From an uncultured Thermotogae bacterium (lineage in GTDB: Bacteria > Thermotogota > Thermotogae > MWEM01), in assembly GCA_963667315.1 (NCBI GenBank), contig OY763325.1, positions 1,989,380 through 2,053,379 on the forward strand: a stretch of 64,000 nucleotides of DNA, read 5' to 3'. Shown piece after piece: positions 9,844 through 19,774 of this stretch. The notes below the pieces were generated by a model that had not been told where the DNA came from, made no database searches, and saw nothing but the letters and a program-made list of their open reading frames with translations. Position 1 is the stretch's first letter, and every line of letters starts with the position of its first letter. A program made the translations under genes and the position numbers.

Positions 9844-9873
9844 AAAAGCAAAAAGAGGACATCACGCCCTCTT
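9844..9873 (-). terminator. Rho-independent terminator downstream of the second MCP gene
   Basis: Stem aagagg / cctctt with a 9-nt loop, followed on the minus strand by TTTTGCTTTT. Confidence 0.5.
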
Positions 9874-9890
9874 TTCACCTGTTCATTCAA

Positions 9891-11849
9891 TCAAAATCCG
9901 CCATTATCATCTTCCAGCGGAATGACATCCTCCGGACTGACGGCATGTGTCTTCTTTACCGGCTTGGCAATCGTCGTTCTTTTCGAAGGGGGGGAGTAAC
10001 TTTTCAAACCGGGTTTCTGTGCCGGCGGTCTTCTTCTGTTAACCTGACCACCACCGCCGCCTCGTGACGTCGGCTGACTATGTGTAAGCGCGCGGCTACC
10101 GGTTATCATCTCATTCAACCGTGCGACGATATCATTCAGACTCTCAGCCTGTGCACTCATTTCTTCGGATGAAGAAGCTGTTTCTTCAGCGTTTGCCGCA
10201 TTCTGCTGCGTCACCTGCTCCATCTGATTCACCGCTGCGTTAATCTGATTGATGCCCTGCGTTTGCTCCTTGCTCGCCGTGTTGATCTCGTCAATAAGAT
10301 TATTCAATTCACCCGACTGCTGATTGATCTCCTGAAGCGCTTCCTGAACCCGCTGTGCCACACTCACGCCGGCTTCAGACATCTGAAGGTTCTTTTCGAT
10401 GATCTCTGTCGTATCCTGTGCCGCCTTGGCACTTCTCTGTGCCAGATTTCTGACCTCTTCGGCGACAACGGCAAAGCCCGCTCCCGCTTCTCCCGCTCTT
10501 GCAGCCTCAACCGCTGCATTGAGTGACAGGATATTCGTCTGGAAGGCGATATCATCGATAACCTTGATGATCTTGGACAATTCCCCGCTGGACTCTTTGA
10601 TCTCTATCATCGACTGCATCATGTTCTTCATCTCGGAACTGCCCTTTTCGGAAGCCGTTGAGGCGGAAAGAGACAATTCAGAGGCCCTTGATGTGTTATC
10701 CGATGTCTGTTGAATCATTGAACTGGATTCGTTCAACGTTGCAGAAGTCTCTTCCAGCGAAGAGGCCTGTTCGCTGCTGCCCTCCGCGAGTTGCTGACTC
10801 GCCGCGGAAAGCTGTTCGGAAGCCGAGGCAACCTGTTCCGCACCATCCGTTAATCCCTGATTAATCTCAGTCAGCGGCCCGATAATACTGCGGACAACGA
10901 GTAAGGATACAACGATGCCAACAACAACACCGACAACGGAAAGCACAAGCACGAGCATAATCGTGGAATTCTGAAGCCCCTGCATCTCCTCTTTCTGTTC
11001 CGATCGTAACGATTCAACTGCGGAGATAAACGCAACCCTCGTTGATAATAGTGTATCGCTGTAATCCTGACCGTCGTTATAGGCTTCAACATTCTCGTTA
11101 AACGCATTCTGATATTCCACACCGTATTGACGTACATCATCATAGAGATTCTTATCCTCCGTACTGTTTACATCGGATTTTGCCGAATCGATCGCCGCCA
11201 AAATCACCTGCATCTTGTTTGCCATATCCGTCACATACTGCTTGTCATGGTACAGCTGATAGTTTTTCTCTATCTGTCTTGCTTCCAATGCAAGCTTGAT
11301 CAGTTCACTCGCATCTTCCGCCTGTTTGTTGTCCAACTTGATCACCGACATGTCAACATTGTTATCCAGCGCCTGAATCATATCATTCTGCTGTTTTTCC
11401 TTCATCTGTTCACAAAGCTTGATGAATTCACGTGCCGTTGTGATCATGGTATTCCTTGTTGGTACAATATTGTCTTCATAATTCTTTTTATACAGCTCGA
11501 AATTTTGATAATAAGTGTCAGCGTCCGACTTTATCGTATCCATTCTGCTTTTATCGGCTGCATCGTTTAATTTCCCTCTCGTTTCATCCGTCTGGAGCTT
11601 GATATCCGTAATAATCTTTTCAACCTCATCGGCAGAATCCTGATTCGGGTTTTCTATATAATCTTTTGCCGCTATGCCAACGTTGAGGGCATACTTCACC
11701 AGTCTGTTGGCGTCATCAGCCGTTTCCACCTTGTTGGCTGAATTAGTGATCCCGTTCCATGACATAAATCCGACAACGACGATGATAACGATCAAAAGGA
11801 TAAACCCCATCCATATCTTCGTACTCAGCTTCATATTGATTCCAAACAT
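9891..11849 (-). CDS. Methyl-accepting chemotaxis protein with a helical (4HB/HBM-like) periplasmic domain
   Basis: 652 aa with a GAAGGAGTGA RBS 6 nt upstream of the ATG. Two TM helices flank a helical domain of about 270 aa. It has the MCP core motif and a Gly-rich basic C-terminal tail ending ...[15 protein letters not shown]. Confidence 0.9.
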   Translation of the reverse strand: MFGINMKLSTKIWMGFILLIVIIVVVGFMSWNGITNSANKVETADDANRLVKYALNVGIAAKDYIENPNQDSADEVEKIITDIKLQTDETRGKLNDAADKSRMDTIKSDADTYYQNFELYKKNYEDNIVPTRNTMITTAREFIKLCEQMKEKQQNDMIQALDNNVDMSVIKLDNKQAEDASELIKLALEARQIEKNYQLYHDKQYVTDMANKMQVILAAIDSAKSDVNSTEDKNLYDDVRQYGVEYQNAFNENVEAYNDGQDYSDTLLSTRVAFISAVESLRSEQKEEMQGLQNSTIMLVLVLSVVGVVVGIVVSLLVVRSIIGPLTEINQGLTDGAEQVASASEQLSAASQQLAEGSSEQASSLEETSATLNESSSMIQQTSDNTSRASELSLSASTASEKGSSEMKNMMQSMIEIKESSGELSKIIKVIDDIAFQTNILSLNAAVEAARAGEAGAGFAVVAEEVRNLAQRSAKAAQDTTEIIEKNLQMSEAGVSVAQRVQEALQEINQQSGELNNLIDEINTASKEQTQGINQINAAVNQMEQVTQQNAANAEETASSSEEMSAQAESLNDIVARLNEMITGSRALTHSQPTSRGGGGGQVNRRRPPAQKPGLKSYSPPSKRTTIAKPVKKTHAVSPEDVIPLEDDNGGF

Positions 11850-11855
11850 AGGCGA

Positions 11856-12332
11856 TCACTCCTTCGATTCTTCGGCAATAAAGGCCAACTCATTTTCGGT
11901 CAGAACCTTTTCGATATCCAGCAGCATAATGACCTTTTCATTCTGCTTTCCCATCCCGATAATGAAATCGGAATCCACTTCAACCCCATATCTTGGAGGC
12001 GGTTCAATCATCGCATCCTCAAGCTTGACAACCTCCGATACGGAATCCACAACGATCCCCATCTGCCGTTTCTTTTCTCCCAGGGTCACTTCAAGGACAA
12101 CGAATACCGTTCTGTCCGTGTATTCCTTTTCCTCAAGGTTGAATTTCAATCTCAAATCCATCAGCGGAATGATCTTTCCCCTCAGGTTGATAACCCCCTT
12201 GATAAACGTTGGCATCCTTGGGACTTCAGTGATTTCCGTCCTGCCAATGATCTCCTGAACTTTTAAAACAGGAATCCCATAGGTTTCTTTACCAAGTCTT
12301 AAAGTCAAATATATCCCGGCTTTGGCTTCCAT
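11856..12332 (-). CDS. cheW: Chemotaxis coupling protein CheW
   Basis: 158 aa containing the CheW-like domain YGIPVLKVQEIIGRTEITEVPRMPTFIKGVINLRGKIIPLMDLR. Confidence 0.88.
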   Translation of the reverse strand: MEAKAGIYLTLRLGKETYGIPVLKVQEIIGRTEITEVPRMPTFIKGVINLRGKIIPLMDLRLKFNLEEKEYTDRTVFVVLEVTLGEKKRQMGIVVDSVSEVVKLEDAMIEPPPRYGVEVDSDFIIGMGKQNEKVIMLLDIEKVLTENELAFIAEESKE

Positions 12333-12563
12333 ACAGGCACCTCCATTTGATGAGTGGTTTGAAATTTATATTGTTTCAAAAAAACATATCGAAAGAAATT
12401 TATGATAAAACATAATACACTGAAAGTATTATAACACTTTTTTAATTAAAAACACAAAACTATCTAAAAAATAACAGCGAACTCTTCCTCTCATATTAAA
12501 CATTTATTTAACACCATTCAAACCTGCCAAAAACATTCAGTCCCCTCCACAACAAGAAACACA

Positions 12564-13271
12564 TCATCTCAACATTGTCCCTTCCTTTGCCAGTCTATCC
12601 GCCATATCGTTGTAATAATCACCTGAATGGGCATCCACTTTCTCCCAGATGACATTTACCGTTGTATTTTGTATCTTTTTTTTATAATATTTTGTCAGCT
12701 CATTCTTCGCCGCCCAGGCGTCTGTTGCCCAATCCCGGACACCGGTATAGTCAAAACGGATGATAACGGCGCGGATGCCTTTCCTTTCACAGAATTGAAC
12801 GACTTGCATGACGGCTTCCAGTTCTCCGGCTACCTGCCGGAACGATTCGGTTCCCTCGACACCCCCGCTGAATGTTTTGATAACCCTGTCCTTTTGAAGT
12901 AATACGGCACCATATCCGATACGGCCGTTTAAATAGCTGCCGTCCGTATAGGCGATATAGTCGGTCTGTCCACTTCGCTCATCCTTCTTTTCCTCTTTTT
13001 TCGGAACACCATTGACCTGAAAAAGATTTCTGATCCAAGTCCCCAGCATCATATCCTTTTCAATTTCCACAACAACCCTGAAAGAATCCTTTTTAGGACT
13101 GTAATAAAGGTTAAAGACAAGCAGAACATCAAGATATTCATTCACAATCTCAATCTTAACCATATAATCCCTGAACATCAGAACGTTCAGTTCAAATTTC
13201 ATCTCACGCTTAACCTTTTCTGTTAGTTCCTTCACTTTTTTCTCCAGAATTGCCTGACACTTAGTCATCAT
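12564..13271 (-). CDS. RNase H (type 1) domain protein with an N-terminal domain of about 110 aa and unknown function
   Basis: The C-terminal half carries the RNase HI catalytic residues in order: IAYTDGS, ...AGELEAV..., ...IRFDYTG... and ...DAHSGDYYNDMADRLAKEG. The N-terminal domain is not recognised. Confidence 0.7.
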   Translation of the reverse strand: MMTKCQAILEKKVKELTEKVKREMKFELNVLMFRDYMVKIEIVNEYLDVLLVFNLYYSPKKDSFRVVVEIEKDMMLGTWIRNLFQVNGVPKKEEKKDERSGQTDYIAYTDGSYLNGRIGYGAVLLQKDRVIKTFSGGVEGTESFRQVAGELEAVMQVVQFCERKGIRAVIIRFDYTGVRDWATDAWAAKNELTKYYKKKIQNTTVNVIWEKVDAHSGDYYNDMADRLAKEGTMLR

Positions 13272-13285
13272 TCACCTCTTTCGGT

Positions 13286-14656
13286 TCAACTTTCCTGTGT
13301 GACTTCCATCATCCTGTCAAAATGTCGGTATTCACGAAGCATTAAGAAGACCGTTACGATCGTCGAGAGGATATCCGCCGTGACAAATGCATACCAAATC
13401 CCATTCAATCCCAAAAAAGCGGACATCAGATAGACAAGCGGAATCAGGAACAGCACCTGTCTCGACAGCGACAGGATCATCGCCGGTAAAGCCTTCCCAA
13501 TCGCTTGGAAAAGACCACCACCCATAATCTGAATCCCGATAACCGGAAGGGTCAGAAATACGATGCGTGTTGCATTTATCCCCTGTTCGATCAGGTTTTT
13601 ATCCGTCGTGAAAATCCCGATGACCTCCGCCGGCCAAATCATGACAATCAAAAACAGAATGGTGCCTGAAATAACGGAAAACAGAATGGAATAATTGACG
13701 GATTGCTTTGCCCTGTGAATCTTCCGGGCGCCGTAATTGTACCCGACAAGGGGCTGCATCCCCTGGGAAAAACCGAGAATTGCCATCGTGGCAAATGTCA
13801 GTAATTTAGTGATCACACCGTACACGGCAATGGATATATCCCCACCGTAAACGGCGAGCAGATTGTTGATGATAGCCGCCAGGACACTCATCGCCGTCTG
13901 TCTTGCGAAAGACGGTGCCCCAAGTGCAAAAACCTCTTTTACGATCATTGACCTCGGTTTCAACCGTTTGAATGAAAATTTCAGGATGCTCTTACCACTG
14001 CCAAAATAATAAAGCTGATAGGCCATCGTACATAATTGTGAAATGACCGTTGCAGTTGCCGCACCCTTGATTCCCATATTTAAGACGAAAATAAAAATCG
14101 GATCAAGTGCAATATTGATCAAAGCGGAGATCAACATGGAATTCATCGCAATCCGCGCATTTCCCTCCGATCGGATCACATTGTTCATACACATGATGAA
14201 CGTCAGTGCCGGTGCTCCCAGCAGAATAATACGCATGTATTCTCCCGCATAGGGCAAAATGGTTTCGGTGGCACCGAACAGTTTCAATATATGATCCAGA
14301 AAGCTCTCACCAAATATCATCAGGGTAATGCTCGAAATCAGAACCATGGAGACAATATTTCCAAACGTATTCTGAGCCTTTTCTGAATCTTTTGCCCCCA
14401 ATGCCCTGGAGATGATTGAAGCCCCTCCAAGACCATACAACAGCCCGATAGACATGACGATCATCTGAAGCGGAAACGCCACACCGAGTCCTGCGATCCC
14501 CATCGGTCCCACACCACGACCGATAAATATCGTATCAACGATGTTATAGGTTGCATTCACCAGCATCCCGATCATCGCCGGGACGGATAATTTCAACAGC
14601 GTCGGAATGATCTCACCCTGTTCAAGCATCTTCGTTCTTTTATTCATCCTCTTCAA
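13286..14656 (-). CDS. MATE-family multidrug/oligosaccharidyl-lipid efflux transporter
   Basis: 456 aa and polytopic with 12 predicted TM segments. The N-terminal motif is IIPTLLKLSVPAMIGMLVNATYNIVDTIFIGRGVG. Confidence 0.85.
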   Translation of the reverse strand: MKRMNKRTKMLEQGEIIPTLLKLSVPAMIGMLVNATYNIVDTIFIGRGVGPMGIAGLGVAFPLQMIVMSIGLLYGLGGASIISRALGAKDSEKAQNTFGNIVSMVLISSITLMIFGESFLDHILKLFGATETILPYAGEYMRIILLGAPALTFIMCMNNVIRSEGNARIAMNSMLISALINIALDPIFIFVLNMGIKGAATATVISQLCTMAYQLYYFGSGKSILKFSFKRLKPRSMIVKEVFALGAPSFARQTAMSVLAAIINNLLAVYGGDISIAVYGVITKLLTFATMAILGFSQGMQPLVGYNYGARKIHRAKQSVNYSILFSVISGTILFLIVMIWPAEVIGIFTTDKNLIEQGINATRIVFLTLPVIGIQIMGGGLFQAIGKALPAMILSLSRQVLFLIPLVYLMSAFLGLNGIWYAFVTADILSTIVTVFLMLREYRHFDRMMEVTQES

Positions 14657-15089
14657 CCCTTTCGCTTATCGTATCGGCATTCGCCGTCATCTTCCGGAGC
14701 ACTTTATCAAACAGAATCAACTCTCCTTCATTAATCCCGGAAATGACATTTCGCAGCCATTGATTCCCGGCATCTTTTACAAGGGGAATGTTTTTCTCTG
14801 CCTTTTCAGTCACATACACGATTTTCTTTCTCTTGTCGTTTTCAGCCTGTTCCCTTATTATATACCCTTTTTTCTCCAGTGACATCAACTCCCGCGCTGT
14901 TGTCGTCTTTTCTAATCCAAGCTCACGGCTAATCATCGTCTGTTCCATTCCCGCTTTATGACGACTTAACAACGCCAGAACAGACCACTCTCCGGTTCCG
15001 ATATCGTACTTCTCAAATTGATTTCTCAACGCCCTGTGCCTTTGCCTGAACAAAATAGACAGATGCCTTATCAACTCTCTCTGATTCAT
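14640..15089 (-). CDS. MarR-family transcriptional regulator
   Basis: 149 aa with a winged-helix region ...SRELGLEKTTTARELMSLEKKGYIIRE.... It overlaps the MATE gene start by 17 nt. Confidence 0.85.
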   Translation of the reverse strand: MNQRELIRHLSILFRQRHRALRNQFEKYDIGTGEWSVLALLSRHKAGMEQTMISRELGLEKTTTARELMSLEKKGYIIREQAENDKRKKIVYVTEKAEKNIPLVKDAGNQWLRNVISGINEGELILFDKVLRKMTANADTISERVEEDE

Positions 15090-15130
15090 GCCATCACCTC
15101 TTTTTTATTTTCTATATTATAGAAAATAAA

Positions 15131-15180
15131 CGTTGCATATACAACGACTTCAACATTACATTTCGTTGTATATGCAACAA
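15131..15180. promoter_or_regulatory. Pair of perfect inverted 16-bp repeats (GTTGCATATACAACGA / TCGTTGTATATGCAAC): probable MarR operator in the divergent intergenic region
   Basis: The repeats at 15131-15146 and 15165-15180 are exact reverse complements. Each half is also near-palindromic, TTG(C/T)ATAT(A/G)CAA. They lie 42-91 nt upstream of the marR start. Confidence 0.55.
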
Positions 15181-15505
15181 TATATCGTTGCTTCTTCATA
15201 TTTCATTCTTTTTTCAACAGATTACCTATCATTTCAGAAAACAACAGAAAGATTTTTCATAAAATCAGTCTCGCTACAAGAGTTTGTATAATAGAATGTC
15301 AATTCGAAATGCAACAAAAAACCCTAATGTTTTACAACACCTTTCACGCAAATATTTGTGAAAAAACATCCACCTCAATCAAATATAACTGAAATCTTCG
15401 AAAGAAAAAACAAATATACTTCGCTATACTAATCAACCCCATTAAATATGATAAAATAGATACTAGCAGGACTAACAAGACTAGTCCGTAAGGAGGGGTG
15501 AAACT

Positions 15506-16645
15506 TTGATTCTTTTTAAAAACGGAACATTCTGGATCGAAGATGAATTGAAGCAATGTGATGTGCTTGTTGAAGACGGGAAGATAAAGGAAATATACCC
15601 TGAATCAACAGAAACGGATGCCGAAGTGATTGTAGACCTCGAGGGGAAATATGTATATCCCGGATTGATCGATGTCCATACACATGTCGGAATCTTTGAA
15701 GAAAAAACGGGGAATTTTGCCGGAAACGATGTAAATGAAATGTCATCCCCGGCAACACCGGGCGTAAGAGCCATAGATGCCATCAACCCGTTTGACCCGG
15801 GGATTCAGGAGGCGAGAAATGCCGGTTATACCACTGTTTGTGTAATCCCGGGATCCGCCAACGTTATCGGTGGTGAAGGGGTGGTTATTAAGACCGCCGG
15901 AACGGTTGTGGACAGAATGGTCGTCGAAACACCGAAAAAGATCGTGAAGATGGCATTTGGAAGAAACCCACAATGGTCATGGGGAAGTCAGAAAAAGGCA
16001 CCTTATACCCGATTGCAGATTGCCGCTATCGCCAGAGATAATTTTGTCAAAGCGCAGGATTACATGAAAAAAGAGGAAAAGAAATACGATTACAACATGG
16101 AGGTTCTGAGCGGATTGCTTAAAAAGGAATCCGTGGCAAGGATCCATGTGGCAAACCTTGAAGATATTGAAACCATCAAACGTGTGATGGAAGAATTTGA
16201 TATCGACTATACACTGGAACACGCAACGGCACTGCATACGGACAAGGATGTCGCCGCTTCATTGAAAGATGTCCCGGTCGTTCTCGGACCGCTCAACGTT
16301 GCCGGAAAATCTTTCCAGACCTACGATTTGACATTCAATTCCGTCAAGATCCTGCACGACCTGGGTTTTGACCTGGCCATCATGACAGATGCACCGGTTA
16401 TACCGCTTCAGCTGGGAATTATTCAGATGTGGCTGATCGACAGATTAAGAATCGACAGAGCGGCTATCATCCGGATGTTCACTCTCAACGGTGCACGGAT
16501 GCTCGGACTGGAAGACAGAATCGGTTCTATCGAAGTGGGGAAAGACGCCGATTTCATGGTAAGAGACGGCGACATCTTCGATGCGATGAGCCAAGTAACG
16601 GATACATACATAGCCGGAAAAAGAGTTGGAGGTGCATGTCTGTGA
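15506..16645 (+). CDS. Metal-dependent amidohydrolase, paralogue 1 of 3 (COG1228-like)
   Basis: TTG start with an AGGAGGGGTG RBS. Motifs are PGLIDVHTHVG and a C-terminal EVGKDADFMV. Confidence 0.8.
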   Translation: MILFKNGTFWIEDELKQCDVLVEDGKIKEIYPESTETDAEVIVDLEGKYVYPGLIDVHTHVGIFEEKTGNFAGNDVNEMSSPATPGVRAIDAINPFDPGIQEARNAGYTTVCVIPGSANVIGGEGVVIKTAGTVVDRMVVETPKKIVKMAFGRNPQWSWGSQKKAPYTRLQIAAIARDNFVKAQDYMKKEEKKYDYNMEVLSGLLKKESVARIHVANLEDIETIKRVMEEFDIDYTLEHATALHTDKDVAASLKDVPVVLGPLNVAGKSFQTYDLTFNSVKILHDLGFDLAIMTDAPVIPLQLGIIQMWLIDRLRIDRAAIIRMFTLNGARMLGLEDRIGSIEVGKDADFMVRDGDIFDAMSQVTDTYIAGKRVGGACL

Positions 16646-17811
16646 GTACATTAATTAAAAATGCACATATTCATCCGGTCACTTCAAAAGATTTTGTCGG
16701 TGACCTTTTGATAGAAGGGGACAAAATACTCGATTGTTCACATAAGATATTCGCCCATGCGGATCAGGTTGTTGACGCTACCGGCCTTCACTGTTATCCG
16801 GGTATGATTGAAGAACACTGCCATATCGGGATTCATGGCGAGAAGACAAACCAGGGAAGCGATAACGATACCAACGAATGGTCTGAACCCGTTACCGCTC
16901 AGGTCAGAGCACTGGACGGCATCAAACCCTTTGATCCCGGTTTCAAGGAAGCCATCGGTGCGGGGGTCACAACTGTCAACGTCTATCCCGGTTCGGCAAA
17001 CCCGATGGGCGGGATTGGCATAACGCTTAAAAATGATTTGACGGTTCCCTATGAGGAAAGGATCATACTTGAAGAATCCGGTTTCAAGATGGCGATGGGC
17101 GAAAATCCAAAACGGGTCCATTCACAGAGTAAGAGTATCATGACAAGGATGGCAACGGCTGAAAAGATCCGTTCAGCCTTCAGGGGAGCGTTGGATTATC
17201 AGGTTAAGAAAGAGAAAGAACCGGATAAAACATCGTATGATATGAAAAATGAAGCGATACTCAAGGTCCTCAATGGTGAATTGAGCGCTCACGTCCATGC
17301 CCATCAGGCAGATGACATCATGACGGTACTGAGAATCTTCGATGAATTCGGCATCAAACCCATGTTTGAACACACAACGGAAGGACATCTCGTTGCGGAT
17401 GAACTCGCCGAAAGAGAAATAACCGTGGCTGTCGGTCCTATGTTTACCGCCCGGTATAAAATGGAAGTCAACAATCGAACGATGAAGACACCGGGAATCC
17501 TTGAAAAGGCGGGTGTCAAAAACATCTCCATTATCACGGATCATCCCGTTATCCCGATATACGATCTGCCGATTCAGGCGACAATGGCGATCAAAAATGG
17601 ACTCAGCAGAGAAGAGGCTCTGAGGGCCATCACGATTAACCCGGCGATCAATCTGGGTATAGCGGACAGAGTGGGAAGCCTTGAAGTTGGCAAAGACGCA
17701 GACTTCATCCTCACCGACAGAGAACTGCTTGATCCGACACACAGAGTTCTCTACACATACATCAACGGAAAATTGGCATATAACATGAATGAAGAGGGGT
17801 TGACAATATGA
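16636..17811 (+). CDS. Metal-dependent amidohydrolase, paralogue 2 of 3
   Basis: The start is ATG 16636 or GTG 16642, after a GGAGGTG RBS. It overlaps the stop of paralogue 1. Motifs are EEHCHIGIHGE and EVGKDADFIL. The long ORF-track extension back to 16429 is an out-of-context read-through. Confidence 0.78.
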   Translation: MSVSTLIKNAHIHPVTSKDFVGDLLIEGDKILDCSHKIFAHADQVVDATGLHCYPGMIEEHCHIGIHGEKTNQGSDNDTNEWSEPVTAQVRALDGIKPFDPGFKEAIGAGVTTVNVYPGSANPMGGIGITLKNDLTVPYEERIILEESGFKMAMGENPKRVHSQSKSIMTRMATAEKIRSAFRGALDYQVKKEKEPDKTSYDMKNEAILKVLNGELSAHVHAHQADDIMTVLRIFDEFGIKPMFEHTTEGHLVADELAEREITVAVGPMFTARYKMEVNNRTMKTPGILEKAGVKNISIITDHPVIPIYDLPIQATMAIKNGLSREEALRAITINPAINLGIADRVGSLEVGKDADFILTDRELLDPTHRVLYTYINGKLAYNMNEEGLTI

Positions 17812-18965
17812 AGACCTTAATGACAAACGTCGTAATTTATCCGATCACATCCACACCGTTCAAAGGTGAGATGCTGGTTGAAGATGGTATCATAAAAGAA
17901 TTAGCTTATAAGGTAAAAGACAGAGAAAATATCGATGACATTATAGATGGAAAAGGTGGCCTGCTGATGCCCGGATTCGTCGACGGTCACAGTCATATCG
18001 GATTGAATCCGGACGGTCTGGGGTATGAATACGATGACACCAACGAATACTCCGATCCCGTCACCTCCAATGTCAGAAGTCTTGACGGTTTTGCACCGAC
18101 AGATATCTCCATCCCCGAAGCGGCAATGGGAGGGGTTATGATCTACTGTGTCCTGACGGGAAGTGCCAATCCGGTTGGCGGTCTCAGCTTTACGGCGCAT
18201 TATTCCAGAGAGAAAAACACCAATGCATTCCTCATCGCTCAGGATACGGGGTTGAAGATGGCAACCGGGGAGAATCCGAAGAGGGTTTACGGTGAACAGA
18301 AAAAGATGCCCGTTACCAGAATGGGAACGGCAGCCGTTATCAGAAAGTTCTTCTTCGATGGTAAGGACTACATGGCAAAGAAGGCAAAGGCTGCAGAAGA
18401 AGGTAAGGACTTCACAGAGCATGACAACAAACTTGAAGCGGCACAGATGGTGCTCGAAAAGAAGATTCCCGCAAGGGTTCACTGCCACAGGGCTGAAGAT
18501 ATCCTTACGGCATTAAGGATCAAAAAAGAATTTGACATCGATATGGTTATCGAACACTGTACGGAATACATCAAGGTCAAGGATCAGATCAAGGAAGCCG
18601 GTGTTCCTATTTTGCTCGGGCCGATCATGTCTTCCAGATCAAAGGTTGAACTCAAGGATATGACCTACAAATCCTACAAGGTTGCACTTGATGAAGGTAT
18701 CCTTTTCGGTTGTATGAGTGATCATCCGGTATTCCCATCGGAAGTCCTCAGACTTCAGGCGGGGATGGCCTGTAATTACGGTGCGGATGAAGAAGGCATG
18801 CTGAAATCACTCACCATCATGCCGGCAAAGATTCTCGGACTCGACGGCGAATACGGGTCCCTCGAGGTTGGTAAAAAGGCAACCATGTGTATCTGGGACG
18901 GTCATCCGTTTGATGCAAGATCAAAGACCATCTGGAACAGCGTGGATGGTTTTATCGACTATTAA
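17808..18965 (+). CDS. Metal-dependent amidohydrolase, paralogue 3 of 3
   Basis: ATGA start/stop overlap with paralogue 2. Motifs are PGFVDGHSHIG and EVGKKATMCIWDG. Confidence 0.78.
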   Translation: MKTLMTNVVIYPITSTPFKGEMLVEDGIIKELAYKVKDRENIDDIIDGKGGLLMPGFVDGHSHIGLNPDGLGYEYDDTNEYSDPVTSNVRSLDGFAPTDISIPEAAMGGVMIYCVLTGSANPVGGLSFTAHYSREKNTNAFLIAQDTGLKMATGENPKRVYGEQKKMPVTRMGTAAVIRKFFFDGKDYMAKKAKAAEEGKDFTEHDNKLEAAQMVLEKKIPARVHCHRAEDILTALRIKKEFDIDMVIEHCTEYIKVKDQIKEAGVPILLGPIMSSRSKVELKDMTYKSYKVALDEGILFGCMSDHPVFPSEVLRLQAGMACNYGADEEGMLKSLTIMPAKILGLDGEYGSLEVGKKATMCIWDGHPFDARSKTIWNSVDGFIDY

Positions 18966-18990
18966 TCGTTAATTTATACCTTCAAATATA

Positions 18991-19017
18991 AGGGCGGAAA
19001 ATCTTTCGCCCTTTTTT
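18991..19017 (+). terminator. Rho-independent terminator of the amidohydrolase operon
   Basis: GGGCG-gaaaatcttt-CGCCC followed by TTTTTT. Confidence 0.7.
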
Positions 19018-19207
19018 AAATGGCCCTAAATTAAGATTCACTAAAAACTAAATACTTCCCACTTGGGTAAACTGATCCCTTTAAACTCCCTTAATTTCAG
19101 CTGCATTCCCCTCATTTCATCCAATCAATACGTTAAAAGCCGCACCCTATAGATACACAACATTATTATTCAAAATTATTTCAATTTATTTTTACATAGC
19201 AAAAAGA

Positions 19208-19236
19208 TTGAATATTCAAACTTAAAATGGTACAAT
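19208..19236 (+). promoter_or_regulatory. Sigma-70-type promoter (TTGAAT-17-TACAAT) for the truncated lipoprotein paralogue
   Basis: -35 at 19208-19213, a 17-nt spacer, and -10 at 19231-19236. Its architecture and sequence resemble the promoter of the 2178-aa gene. Confidence 0.5.
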
Positions 19237-19359
19237 TTAACATAAAAAGATGATAAGAATTCTAAACGAATAAGCGGAAGGGGGAAAGTTAACAGGAAGA
19301 AAGAAAAGATCAAAAGTGAGAAAACAAATAGAAGACAAACTCTGGAGGTTAAAGTGAAG

Positions 19360-19774
19360 ATGAAAAAAAACTGCCGTGATAGCGTTTATGGTGTTACTGT
19401 TTGTATTGACAGCCTGTGTGAAGGAACAGAACATGGTATCGGAAGGCGAGCTGAACAATTTACTTCTTTCTGAATTGAGCGGACATTACACCAGTGAGGA
19501 TTTCACAGATTATGGTCTGTGGTTTTTGACGATAGAGACAGAAGCCTTTTTGGGGAAAATGACAAATTCTGAACAATATGACCTTGAAACGACGGACGGA
19601 ATCTTTGAAATCCGGAAGAATCCGGTGAACGGAAAACAATTAATGTTTTTTTTACCCGAAACCTTCAAGATGACGACAATCTCAACAGTGAAGATTATGG
19701 AACCTTATAGGAGAACGAACGATAATGACATCTTCATCGAAACTGTTTACATCACGAAAGAGGGTAAAGACTAA
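19360..19774 (+). pseudogene. Truncated paralogue of the N-terminal domain of the 1292-aa lipoprotein, out of frame at an A8 tract in the signal-peptide region (or expressed by slippage)
   Basis: ATG 19360 (RBS GGAGG) reads MKKN..., then an A8 run at 19363-19370. With one A fewer the product is MKKTAVIAFMVLLFVLTAC.... This matches MKKTVIVVFVVFSLLFTAC of the big paralogue. The mature region LSELSGHYTSEDFTDYGLWFLTIE...DIFIETVYITKEGKD aligns with residues about 40-150 of the 1292-aa protein and stops there. Confidence 0.6.

Noticed and set aside
11127-12258. Two plus-strand ORFs (147 and 194 aa)
   Set aside because: Antisense to MCP and cheW, with low-complexity Ile/Leu/Ser-rich translations.
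16429-16635. N-terminal extension of the second amidohydrolase ORF (MADRQIKNRQ...)
   Set aside because: It is an out-of-frame read-through of the 3' end of paralogue 1. The homologous start with RBS is at 16636/16642.
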